Program-made: the position numbers and the translations under genes
The notes under the pieces: generated by a model
Told to the model about the DNA's origin: nothing
Seen by the model: only the letters and a program-made list of their open reading frames with translations
Database searches by the model: none
Shown: positions 48,606 through 59,700 of the stretch, piece after piece
Position numbering within the stretch: position 1 is the first letter of the stretch
Layout: each line of letters begins with the position of its first letter
From: a virus
Length of the DNA stretch: 64,000 nucleotides
Direction: 5' to 3' (one strand)
Virus record (IMG/VR): IMGVR_UViG_3300025120_014745
Span: 3,612 to 67,611 of that record

Positions 48606-51600
48606 TGCCAAAGAAAAAACCAGATACAATTGCTGTAAGTCAATACTCGTTGTTATCAAATTTTACTGCTGCAGATCTTGCTGGAAATGCATCATCATTC
48701 ACTTATAGTAGTAGTGACAAATTAAAACTGTGGCTAGATATTACCAATACAATAGCAGATCGATCAGATCAAAGCAGTTCAATTTCTTCTACTGAATATG
48801 AAAATGGAGGTGGAGCTTCAACTTCATTCTTCACAACAACTTTAGGGGGAAATTACACTTTTAACACAGCAAAATTTGATGATAGCGATAATATAAATGG
48901 AAAAGTTACATACTCTAGTGCACCAACGCCGATATCACCGACAGACGGAGCTGGTAATAACAGATCTTTTTCTTTAAGTTTGTGGTTCCAGCGGAACAGT
49001 GATCATGCCAGTTCAAGTTTTAGTACAGGTGGGTTGTTTTCTTTAGGTAGTTCAACGAAAAATGAAGAAGTTCAGGTAAAAATTAACGAAAACAATGGTA
49101 ACCTAACTTTTGTAGTCCGGGACACAACCAATGGACAATTTTTTCAAGCAATTTGTACAGTCTCAACAGCTTCTTTTCATGACAAATTTGCTCATCTAGT
49201 GTGTGTTTATGATCATACAGAAGGGACGCATGCAGGATTAAAAGTTTATATTAATGGTGTTGATCAAAGTGCCGCGACAGGTGGATCTGGAACACCTGTA
49301 GTTAGAGGTGATGTATCAACTTTGCTTATAGGGTCGATTGCCAACGGCTCGAGCGAGTTTGATGGTAACATTTCTGAAATTGCTTTCTTTCTCGATAAAG
49401 TATTGACTGTGTCTGAAATAAATGCTATTTATTCAGCAACATTATACGGTGTAGCATCAGTAACAACTCATTATGATTCCGGATATTTAAATAATCCGAC
49501 AAGACTATTGTTACGTGATGACGATAACTGTTCAGGAAGGTACCCCACAATACACAGAATGCATCGGGCAGGTACAGCCGGTATAAAACAAAACATTGCG
49601 TTTAACGATAAACACACAGTAAGATACGGAACTCGCATAACTGACAATTTTGATATACTGAACGTGAAAAGAAAAACACAGAGGACAAAGTCAGTTGATG
49701 CAACACGGTGGTTAACATCAAGTAAAGATGTAAGACTCCAAAGAGAAAACGAAGGCGCATTAATATCAGCTTTTGGGACTACATCAGATGATCCAGCAGA
49801 AGTGAAAAAAGGTATCTTGATGTTAGGCGGCATACCAGACGCAGAAGGGCGCTGGTTAAGAACAAAGGAAAAAGTATCAAAACCGACACTTGTCTTTTCT
49901 GTATTACAAGGTCCATACAATACGGGTAACGACAGCGACTTTTCAACTTTAAGACTCTACCAAGGCTCTCTATCAGACACACTTGCAGTACAAGTTAGTA
50001 CAACTGGAACATCTGGATCTTGGAAGACCATACCCATAATAAAAGAATTTATTTCAAACAATGCATCGTCTGATCTAGTCAATAGCACTGGTGAGTTAGT
50101 ACATCAGCCCATTAATATTGTGATTAGTGATGAAGGCGGCCCGGTTCAAAATTTGGCTCAAAAACGACCAATGCTTACTGTAAAAGTCGACTTGCACGTT
50201 TTTAGTTCAGCTGGATACGTTGAACCTTTTTATATTCGCTTTATACAATCAACAGTATCAGATAATAACAAGACGCACTGGGCATTGTCAGACGTCGATA
50301 TTATCTCGCGCGATCAACAAGTCAGGTATCCTTACCTAGATGAAACAAATGATGTAGCGTCTTTATTTCATAGAAGCGGATCGATTGCACACCCCAACTT
50401 TCCGGGTGATATTATAACGACAGGTTCATCGATATCAAATGTTTCTGACACAAGAAACTTACCTTTTGATGAACAAAAAAATACACCTTTTAAAGATGAC
50501 CATGTATTGATAGTTGAACCTGATAGCTTTTTCTCAGTTGTTACCTCACCCCAGGTGGTCCCTGGCTTTAGTTCTGGTTTATTGAGTAAAACAAAATTTG
50601 AGTATGATTTAAGCACATCTAAGCAAACTACGATTGGAGTCGCAAACCCCACAGCCGCCGGAGTAGGTGAGTACGATGCAGCAGCTGATATAGGCCAGCC
50701 TATGATGTGTTACTGGAATGCAACGCTTAGTAGGTGGGAAACAATTGGTAACTTGCGCCCCAATGTCGACACAGGCTTCAGTCTCGCGAGTCAACAAGAA
50801 GTCATTACGTCTTCAATGGCCGGATTCTCAAATTTTGGCGTTTGTGCATCCGGTTCAGGTGCAGATCGAACCAGTGATAGCACACTTACCCTTGTTGATC
50901 AAAATTTAATTAGTGCACAGAATAGAGTTATTGATACGTTTGGATTCCCTTTTTCAGGAAGATATTTCGCTTCATCAAGCCAGGTTGTAAAAGCTAGTAG
51001 TCTAGGTATCACTAAACCTTTTTTACTTGAAGCGCTAAGAATTGACTACCAAGCAATGCACGGCACACCTCTTGTGAATGGTTTCTTTATGTCAAATAAT
51101 GATACTAATGGAAATAACAACGCAGAAATACCACTTAGTAATGCAATTAACGTGAAAGGAAATAACTTTTTCATACTAAGACAAAGCAAAAATAATCATC
51201 ATGTTCGCATAAAAGTAACCGGTTCGATTGAAGAGTTTGAGTATACAGATCAAATACCTGGTTTGTTTGATTTAGACTTAGACGGAATTAAAGAGACTTA
51301 TGTTGACAGTGTTAGGGACTTAGTTACTTATGCACAAAACATATACATACATTCTAATTCCTCTGGGTTGGAACGGTCAGCGGGCAGCATAACATTCCCA
51401 GACATTTTAAATATGCTTTCTGATCGAGACCAAGTTACTGTCTTACACGGCAGTTCGAAAACAAACTATACTGGGAGTTATAGCATTAATGCAAAAACTC
51501 GTATAACACCTGCACTGCCAGGTATAGTGAATATAAGTTTGGGATCGATTTCTGGTTCTAGTGGTGATATCAGAACTAGTCCTGTTTTTCTAGAAAAAAC

Positions 51601-52906
51601 TAAAAATGGTAGGTCTAATGGCGTTTTTACTAATGACGCTAGAGCACTGACAAACAACTATAGTGGATTCAAATTATCCAATGAATCAACAGAGATTGTT
51701 TACCCGGTCAAATCGGGTGGCACCCTTGGTAAAGAAGGAACGTCAGTGATGTTACCGGAAACTGATAATTTAGATCTTAACTCACCCTACATTATATTTC
51801 CCGAAGATGACTTAGTATTTGGCTGGGGTTTTTCGCTACCAAACTACTCTTACAACTTACAGTCAACGATATTAAGAAATGGTTACGCAAATCAATTTAA
51901 ATTATTTGGAAATTCCAAATTAACGCTATTTGGTTCACAAATTAAAGATCGAGTTGAGTTTCATGAAGGCTTAAATCAGAACTTAACAACAAATGCTATT
52001 CATGAGGTGATAGGTAACGAGCCTGTTATTGACCAGTACCAGATCGCTACTAGAGGTGAGATGACAGGTAGTTTGACTGATAACTTCCCATTTGCAACAA
52101 GGTTCCGAACTTCACCGGAGAGTGATCAACAAATAGCTTACGTAATCGGTAGAGTGATTGTCCCTGCTGATGAATCATTAGCTGACAATACACAGCAGCG
52201 AAATTGGATTGCGGGTAATAATCCTGTTGCTAGGGTCGGAGCAGAGTGGTCCACGATAAACAGAGGGTATTCCAACACATTTAAGATTATTGCAAATACA
52301 TCCGGTAATAATCTAGTCGACGCACTAGTACGTATTTTAAATAATAATAAACCTGCACACGGCGGAAAACCTGTGGGCGGCTCACTTTTGCACCAAATAC
52401 AACCTTTTATCCAGTGTACTGATGTCCAAAAAACATTTAAAGACGCAACGATTAATAACTTAAGCAAAAATGAGACTGAGGGTTCTGCGCAGAATTACAT
52501 GTATTTTACTAGCCAAACAACCCCATCTTCAATAAGCAGACTAGGTGGGTCACCTAAACACTATTTTAATGCAAAACACTTCGGTCTATTTTCAGATAGA
52601 ATAAGACAGGGCTTTGACAGCCGTTTTGTGCGAATACCTAAAGGCACTCGAGCTAACGTCGCAGCTGCGTCTGTCGCAGCTTCGACAGATGGCCCAGTCA
52701 GTGTTCGTTTTGTAAAGGAGACAGTTATAAATGATGGGTCAGAAATAACAGGATCACAAACTAGTTCAACAGCTTATTCATTAATATCAGCGGGTGATAT
52801 TAGTGGTACTAAGGAATCGAGATTTCAAAGTTCGAACGTAAGTTTAGCAGCAACTTCGTCAATTCCGTTTAAGGAAGATACAATAAGTAATAGAACTTAC
52901 GCATAA
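48605..52906 (+). CDS. Large virion protein with N-terminal LamG domain and reelin-repeat-like domain
   Basis: FSLSLWF, HLVCVYD, KVYING and FDGNISEIAFF...LT.SEI (LamG). QVSTTG..SW and RFIQ...WALSDVDI. Confidence 0.7.
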   Translation: MPKKKPDTIAVSQYSLLSNFTAADLAGNASSFTYSSSDKLKLWLDITNTIADRSDQSSSISSTEYENGGGASTSFFTTTLGGNYTFNTAKFDDSDNINGKVTYSSAPTPISPTDGAGNNRSFSLSLWFQRNSDHASSSFSTGGLFSLGSSTKNEEVQVKINENNGNLTFVVRDTTNGQFFQAICTVSTASFHDKFAHLVCVYDHTEGTHAGLKVYINGVDQSAATGGSGTPVVRGDVSTLLIGSIANGSSEFDGNISEIAFFLDKVLTVSEINAIYSATLYGVASVTTHYDSGYLNNPTRLLLRDDDNCSGRYPTIHRMHRAGTAGIKQNIAFNDKHTVRYGTRITDNFDILNVKRKTQRTKSVDATRWLTSSKDVRLQRENEGALISAFGTTSDDPAEVKKGILMLGGIPDAEGRWLRTKEKVSKPTLVFSVLQGPYNTGNDSDFSTLRLYQGSLSDTLAVQVSTTGTSGSWKTIPIIKEFISNNASSDLVNSTGELVHQPINIVISDEGGPVQNLAQKRPMLTVKVDLHVFSSAGYVEPFYIRFIQSTVSDNNKTHWALSDVDIISRDQQVRYPYLDETNDVASLFHRSGSIAHPNFPGDIITTGSSISNVSDTRNLPFDEQKNTPFKDDHVLIVEPDSFFSVVTSPQVVPGFSSGLLSKTKFEYDLSTSKQTTIGVANPTAAGVGEYDAAADIGQPMMCYWNATLSRWETIGNLRPNVDTGFSLASQQEVITSSMAGFSNFGVCASGSGADRTSDSTLTLVDQNLISAQNRVIDTFGFPFSGRYFASSSQVVKASSLGITKPFLLEALRIDYQAMHGTPLVNGFFMSNNDTNGNNNAEIPLSNAINVKGNNFFILRQSKNNHHVRIKVTGSIEEFEYTDQIPGLFDLDLDGIKETYVDSVRDLVTYAQNIYIHSNSSGLERSAGSITFPDILNMLSDRDQVTVLHGSSKTNYTGSYSINAKTRITPALPGIVNISLGSISGSSGDIRTSPVFLEKTKNGRSNGVFTNDARALTNNYSGFKLSNESTEIVYPVKSGGTLGKEGTSVMLPETDNLDLNSPYIIFPEDDLVFGWGFSLPNYSYNLQSTILRNGYANQFKLFGNSKLTLFGSQIKDRVEFHEGLNQNLTTNAIHEVIGNEPVIDQYQIATRGEMTGSLTDNFPFATRFRTSPESDQQIAYVIGRVIVPADESLADNTQQRNWIAGNNPVARVGAEWSTINRGYSNTFKIIANTSGNNLVDALVRILNNNKPAHGGKPVGGSLLHQIQPFIQCTDVQKTFKDATINNLSKNETEGSAQNYMYFTSQTTPSSISRLGGSPKHYFNAKHFGLFSDRIRQGFDSRFVRIPKGTRANVAAASVAASTDGPVSVRFVKETVINDGSEITGSQTSSTAYSLISAGDISGTKESRFQSSNVSLAATSSIPFKEDTISNRTYA

Positions 52907-52934
52907 ATTTTCTGCGGAGAGATAATTAAAGAAT

Positions 52935-53996
52935 ATGGGTATATTAAATAAAAAGACAAGATTTATAGATTTAGTTGTCACACAGGAAGGAAAGCGACAA
53001 ATCGCTGCTGGAAAGTTGCGAGCAGAATTTGCGTCGCTATCAGATTGCAATGCATTCTATGAGATTGGTGAAGAGTACTCAGTAGCGAACAGACTTTATT
53101 TTGAAGTTATGGATCGACCTGAAAATGCAATTGTATTAGAAAAGGACGATAGCGGTCGACTTTTTACGTTTAATTTTTCGCCAACAGGTAGTTTAGTAGG
53201 CGATAATATTTTTTTAAAAGACACACAGATTACTGGTAGCTTGCATCTAAAAGCAGCAACAGGTACCGATTATAGAATTGGTGAAAACTCTGTATTAGAT
53301 TCGTCATTGAGACATTTTGTCCAAAATTATTTTATTGGAACAGAAGATCATTTAGTAAAGAATGAGTTTCAAGTAAATAAGAACGATATAACATTTACGA
53401 TCCAAAATGGTCAGCCTTTTGCTGGATCACCATTGAGAGAAGTGATCAATGTCAATGATGCTGATCCATTTTTTTTAGATTCTAAATTAGCGCATATAGA
53501 TAATTTCCAGTTTTTACCTCCAAGAAACTCAAATGGAACAGAATATGGCAGTCATACTGACTTGAGAAGTACTAGTCGAGAAAATTGGGAAGACATAAAA
53601 GCTTTATTTGGTGAAGATGCCAGCTTGACTGAAGATACTGCTAATTCAGCTAATGATGGTAACATGGCAAATAATTTAGCAGGAGTCCCGGGATATTTGA
53701 GTCAGAAGTTATTGCAACAAGGTAAATTACCGAGTCCACCAGGTCTTCCTCCAAAACAGTTTGAAACAATTAAGTTTTTAAAAACATCGACAGACAATAA
53801 TTTATTAATACAGATTTATGAAGATTCAATCGACGCGACTATGAAAAAGTTAGATGTTATTGACGCTGGCGTTTTTGTCGATAATGAAGATGTAAATCGA
53901 AGATATGAAAAACGAGTACTTTATGTAGGTAAAGTCTTGTATGATGACTTAAATATTCCTACATTCATAAACATTTTTACCCTTGTAATGGATTGA
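52935..53996 (+). CDS. Virion structural protein (conserved MG.L...D..VT..G.R N-terminus)
   Basis: N-terminus is similar to the ORF at 63536. Lies in the structural operon. Confidence 0.65.
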   Translation: MGILNKKTRFIDLVVTQEGKRQIAAGKLRAEFASLSDCNAFYEIGEEYSVANRLYFEVMDRPENAIVLEKDDSGRLFTFNFSPTGSLVGDNIFLKDTQITGSLHLKAATGTDYRIGENSVLDSSLRHFVQNYFIGTEDHLVKNEFQVNKNDITFTIQNGQPFAGSPLREVINVNDADPFFLDSKLAHIDNFQFLPPRNSNGTEYGSHTDLRSTSRENWEDIKALFGEDASLTEDTANSANDGNMANNLAGVPGYLSQKLLQQGKLPSPPGLPPKQFETIKFLKTSTDNNLLIQIYEDSIDATMKKLDVIDAGVFVDNEDVNRRYEKRVLYVGKVLYDDLNIPTFINIFTLVMD

Positions 53997-53999
53997 CAA

Positions 54000-56756
54000 A
54001 TGTATGTTAAAGTAAAAAAACAAAATTTTCCTATTCTTGACTTAGTACCTCGAGCAGCAGTCACTGAAAACATTGTGAGCTTAATACCGAAAGTCACATC
54101 AGTTAAAGAAACAAATGATAGGGACGGAAAAACAGATCTCTTTTTAGAACTTGAATTATATGCACGCGTAAACGCTTCAAATTTTAAAAATAACGTTAAC
54201 GACCCAACCACATCGACACCTACTGAAATAGAAGTAAGATTGTCAAAATACTCATTGCAGCATTATAGCAAAAAAGCCAATGAAAAAGCTTCTGATAAAA
54301 TTAAAAACAAAACACGATCTAAGAAGCGATCCCTGAGGGGTAAAGTTAATGTGAGCAAGCCAGTTAGTCCCATGTTAACTTCAGCATTTTTAAGCCCGAG
54401 TCAGTTAGTGACTGCTGTGTCCGTAACCAGCCAACATTCAATAAATACAAAAAAATCTTTATATGAAGGTACAATATTAGCTGGAAAGATTGATTTGGCT
54501 AGTATTACTAGTCCTGTCATAAAAAGAGAAAAGCTAATTATAGATAAAGTAGGGACAACATACCAACACGCAATTGATGTGAAAACAGTACACGATTCTA
54601 AATCATTTTCGCAAGTCTATAACAGTATGATTGAAATGAACGAAGATCCTGCTAGAATATTCCAGCAAGGGTTTATGAAAACATCTTTTAAACACAGGAA
54701 AGGTGGTATTTTAACATCTACAAATAAAAAAAATGACAGGCATAGAAAGGTATTAGATCCGATATTTAAAAATATTGAAAGTAGTATTAAAGCAATATCA
54801 AAGTCGCAGTACAAGATATCAACAGCGTCTGTTGAAGAAACACTGACAAAAGTAAAAACAAAGATTAGTATCAATTTTTCTAAATTACAATCGCTTGGAG
54901 AAACGTTTTACGTATTGCTGATAACAAAAAATCACTTAGGTATAAACTTAGAAGCGCAGAGTTACGAGGTTTTTTTAAGTGATATTGAAGATCAACTTGA
55001 AAGTAAGACGACAAATTACGCCATGACACCTGTTCGGCTTAATACAGGTGTATCGATATTAAATATTGGTACTAGTGATGAGAAAAAAAAGGTCGACCTA
55101 AACTTACATGCTAAAAAATTAAAAGTAAGTAAGCCTTTTGAAATGTGTTACTATGAAGATTTTGGCAGAATAGTTGTTGCACCAAATCAAAAAGTCAAAA
55201 TACAAGATGGCGTAGCAGGCGGTTCATCCCGATCCCCTACAAACTTTAAAAGAAGTGAGAGCGTCTTTTATAGAACGACACTAAATTATGGTCAAAAAAG
55301 ATATTTTAATGCAAAATCAGTTAGTGACAAGAGTCGACACAAAAATGAAATGACGCCTCACTTAACAATTATCGCAAAAATTAGTAATGATGACGAATCT
55401 TTTAATCTAGAGGTCTCTAATATATCTGAGAATATTTTGGCAATTAGGCCCGGTAAATATGTTTTCAAGGGCGAAACACCCGCAACATCAAAATTATTGC
55501 CAATTTTTCCAAGCATAGATCCTCTCGAAAGATATACCAAAACTCAAGGCGGATCAACCATTAAATTTAAAGATTTTGATGTTTATCGAACAACTAGTTA
55601 CAAGTATGTAGTAGAATGTATCATGAAGAATGGAGAGAAAAAACTAGCATCTGCATTTTTTATTGAAAAGTTTGAAGAGAGAACTGGTGCAATAAATTTT
55701 GATAATTTCAGTACGTCAAATTATACTCCTGCTGGTGGCGTTTCAGACTTTACTGGTGTAAGCAGTCTCGGTGATATTACAAGACGCGTTGAAGGTAATT
55801 TTCTCGTAATACAAACCGCAACGGAAATAGATGAAATACTTAAAAACATGTTCGGTAATCTTTTTGAATTATTTAAAGACAAATTAAAGACAATTAGAGC
55901 TGTCCAAAGTGTTGTAAGATCAATTGAAATATCTAGGATCGATCATTTAACCGGTCGTATTTCTCCTGTAACAACAGTGACGCCAGACGAGAAAGGCTTC
56001 TGTCAATTTATGGATGAAGAAGCACCTGTCTATTCTAATCTGACTTACAAGTTAACACCTAGATTGATTCCAACCCAAGATTTAATACAGGCAGTCCAAG
56101 CAGCAACAAAATTTCTAGCTGCAAGAAACATATTTAAAACGTCAAGGTTTAATTTAGCTGCTTCTAAAAGTAGAAAAGAAGAAAGTAGACAAAATATAAT
56201 AAGCAGTGTAGGCTCCAAGTATGCAAAACGTGAAAGCTTTCTTAAGGGTCTAATAGCTTCACCAGAATATGCAGCTGCTCGTGAAAACCTAGACTTATTT
56301 TTAGATAATTCGACTGGTGATGTAGCATATTTTAACGTTCCCGGTTTGGATATAACAAAAAGGGCAAAAGATATAAAAATAGATAATGCCTCAGTTACTT
56401 TAATTGAAGCAATTGAAGATTTTACATTTAAATCACACGCAAAACCACTCCAACAAAAAGGCTCTTCTAAAATAAGAGATGTGAAGTCTCGCAAGACTAG
56501 CTACTATGATTTAAACTTCAATATTTCGGGGAACGACGCTTTTGTAGACTTTTACGTAATGTTTGTAAAAGAAAACAATGAAGTTTATTTAGATGGGATA
56601 ATGCATAGTATTGATAGCTATTCAGCATCAATGAAATACGCTTACCTCGTCGAGCATAATGGCGGGTTTGGTATTGCTGAGTACTACATTGTTCCGTTTT
56701 ATAAAGACGGCCATATCGGCGCGCCAAAGCTAGTAACAGCAAACAAATTATATTAA
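54000..56756 (+). CDS. Large hypothetical protein (basic, beta-sandwich-like segments)
   Basis: 918-aa ORF. FKDFDV...YKYVVE and FMDE...YKL resemble FN3 ends. Confidence 0.7.
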   Translation: MYVKVKKQNFPILDLVPRAAVTENIVSLIPKVTSVKETNDRDGKTDLFLELELYARVNASNFKNNVNDPTTSTPTEIEVRLSKYSLQHYSKKANEKASDKIKNKTRSKKRSLRGKVNVSKPVSPMLTSAFLSPSQLVTAVSVTSQHSINTKKSLYEGTILAGKIDLASITSPVIKREKLIIDKVGTTYQHAIDVKTVHDSKSFSQVYNSMIEMNEDPARIFQQGFMKTSFKHRKGGILTSTNKKNDRHRKVLDPIFKNIESSIKAISKSQYKISTASVEETLTKVKTKISINFSKLQSLGETFYVLLITKNHLGINLEAQSYEVFLSDIEDQLESKTTNYAMTPVRLNTGVSILNIGTSDEKKKVDLNLHAKKLKVSKPFEMCYYEDFGRIVVAPNQKVKIQDGVAGGSSRSPTNFKRSESVFYRTTLNYGQKRYFNAKSVSDKSRHKNEMTPHLTIIAKISNDDESFNLEVSNISENILAIRPGKYVFKGETPATSKLLPIFPSIDPLERYTKTQGGSTIKFKDFDVYRTTSYKYVVECIMKNGEKKLASAFFIEKFEERTGAINFDNFSTSNYTPAGGVSDFTGVSSLGDITRRVEGNFLVIQTATEIDEILKNMFGNLFELFKDKLKTIRAVQSVVRSIEISRIDHLTGRISPVTTVTPDEKGFCQFMDEEAPVYSNLTYKLTPRLIPTQDLIQAVQAATKFLAARNIFKTSRFNLAASKSRKEESRQNIISSVGSKYAKRESFLKGLIASPEYAAARENLDLFLDNSTGDVAYFNVPGLDITKRAKDIKIDNASVTLIEAIEDFTFKSHAKPLQQKGSSKIRDVKSRKTSYYDLNFNISGNDAFVDFYVMFVKENNEVYLDGIMHSIDSYSASMKYAYLVEHNGGFGIAEYYIVPFYKDGHIGAPKLVTANKLY

Positions 56757-56764
56757 GGAATTCA

Positions 56765-59700
56765 ATGCCTCAAAATCCAACAACAAAAAATTTATCGCTA
56801 TATACGACACCTGCGCCCAGTCAGAAGCTGGCGTCAGTAGGTAAAGTACTTGCCGCAATGCGTGCAACACAGGCCCAAACCGGTAACACTGAAGGCTCGC
56901 AAGCTGCAGAAATAGCGTTTACAAACCCTGACACTTCTGCACGATACACGGTTTTAGCCGCGAAAGGATTAAATAATTTAAGATCTGAGTTGATAGCAGT
57001 TTGTGAGTTTCTGCCGATTGGTACTGGAGATATTTCTGAAGACAGCGCACAATTGCAATTTACTCTAGGTGACAACAATTCAATAAGCGTTAATAACATT
57101 GCGAGAATTATAGAGCTTCATAGGCAAATTAGAAGTTATATACTGGATGCAGCAGACCAAATATTAACAAGAGTTTATCCTGATTTAAATGAAAAAGTTT
57201 TTCTAGAAACGCTCCAGGCCCACATAAAAAGTGAATTTAACAGGCTGTCAAGTAGTACAATAGATCAAACAGTTGAAAATATATTTGAAGATATATTGGC
57301 ACAAGCCCCGGCATCGTTATCTAATGTTATTCAAAATAATCAATCCAACCCTTTTCTTTTGGCACTAATTGAATATTATGTCTATGACAATGTCTTAGAA
57401 TCTGTTTTTATTTATTTGAGTACAGCAGCAACTGTAGATGAAACACTGGCCGGCTTTTGGGGCGTGGATAAGTACAGTACAATTAAAAGATTTAATGAAA
57501 ACACAGCGATAAACAACACGAATCTAATCAATCTTTATGCTAATTTAAGTAATGAGTATAGTGATCATTCTAAAAATTCGTTGGGTGGGAAGGCTTTGTA
57601 CGGATTTACTCCGTCAAGCACTTCAAGCAATACTGATTCTTTCTGCAATGCAATTGCTGCACTTGCTAGCGCAATGTCTTTCCAAGACTCATCGTCAGTG
57701 CTTCGTACACTCAATTCGTTACCTCTGAGCGATTCTAGTTTAGAGAAAGGAAAAGTTAAGTTTGGTGCTGTTAGTGATCTCGCTAGCGCTATATCGCGAT
57801 TAAAAAATGTTAATTTTGCTGGTATGTTTGCTGGTCTACCTGAAGGTGTAGCCCAGGATGAAACCAACACTAGCCCTAACATCACTTATAATTCTGAGTA
57901 CTCACTATCGACAGACACTTTTGAGTCGGTATTTAAGGGACAAAAAACTTCTAGAGGTAATGGTGTAAATGAAAGATATGCTGGGGCTGAACTCTTAACA
58001 ACAGTTTTGTATGATATGTTCACTTATGATGTCTGCAACATGAATAATAGAAGTTCAAATGAAATTCCAGTCAATGTAGGCGATATAATGCCCGATGCAG
58101 GCGATTTTGACATGTCTTCGTTAGAAAAATTTGCAGGTTTTACAGGTGGTATCAGCAACAGCATAGGCGGTGATCAATCGCAGGGCCCAGTTGCCAACTT
58201 CGACGAAGGCTCTGATAGAGAAGAACAAGTATCTAGTGAAATTGCAGAGCAAACACCTCGAGGTTTACTGTATTTTGATTTTATTAGACAAATCTTAGGT
58301 ATTCCAGATGATGCTTTTAAACATCCACAGCAAAAAATCGTAACAGGTCCACATACTTTTGAAAGGGTAAATATACCCGAGGCGAGTAGTATTACTAATA
58401 ACAATAAGGGTTTTGGTGCATTTGGTACAACCGTTGCAGGGTTAAGAAAGCAAATTACTGAAGCTGGTAATTTCTCACAGCAAACCCAAGGCTTTTATGC
58501 ACCGCTAGAATCATCTACTGCAGAACTAAGCTCAGACAATACTTCTAACGCTAGTACTGTTAATTTCCCGCCAGCAACTAAATATCTAGTGTTAGACGAA
58601 ATTGTACGCTCTTCAGCTAGCGACGGAAATACAATTGACTTTGAAGAACTTAAAATATTTACTGAAGGATATAAAAATCAAAGTAATAAACTGATTGAAT
58701 GTGTTAACACTCTGTACCCACATGAAGAGGTTGTGGAAGCAATAAACAACGTTAACATGCCTCAGCTTTTATCACCGATGGGAGTCAATAGTCCTGTTTC
58801 TGCAGCAGAAAAATTAATAGAAAGGTTAGTTGTAGATCTAGAGAAAATTATACTCAGTCCTACCGGTGAATCCAATTTTAATTATATCCCGCTTCTCGCA
58901 GTCTTCACTAGAGACACAAACAATAGCGGTGCAAGGGATATGTGTCTCCAAGTTTTCTGGGATCAAGTTTTATTTAACAACCCAGTCAGTGTTGACAGAC
59001 ATTACACAAGCGTACAGTTTGATGATATCTCCACGTATAATGGCCCGGCTCAAAACTTTGCAAGATTGAGTTTATATCACAGCGAAAATCAATTTCGTAA
59101 TTATCTCAAGTATAATTGTGGTTTAACATCATACACACAAGGTAAAAACGATTCATTCTACTGGGGCGGAAAAGATCTACCTATATATTTAGCATCTGAT
59201 TCACAACTCTTTTCTAACGACGATATCAAAGATAAAATTAAAAATCGAAAAACTACAAGCAAGCGAGGCAAAAAATTGCGCTCAGAAGCACCAGGCTTCG
59301 AATCAATATCATTTGAAGGCAAGAGAATTGACAACGCGTTTGAAGTTAGCTTTGGTAACGAAGATGGTATGGACGGCCTACAAGAAGGTAAGGGTAGCAG
59401 TAAATCTTTTGGTGGTGGGGTAACCGGTTTTAGTAAACTCTTTAGCAATTACTTTTCTTATTTGTTCCAGGGCTACTTAGGTCCGGTTGGCATGACAATT
59501 GGCGACAACAGTAATGGATACGCAGCAGCAACTAGTAAATTTGCAGCAAATGCTAAGATTTCCAATCAGTTATTTGCTGTTAACTCAAATGATTCTTTAG
59601 AAAACAATAGATTCGGTAACGCAGCTGGTATTATCGACTATGGTGCACATCATCGAATAATAGTTGGTTTCCGATGGTTATATGATATGATAAATAGAGT

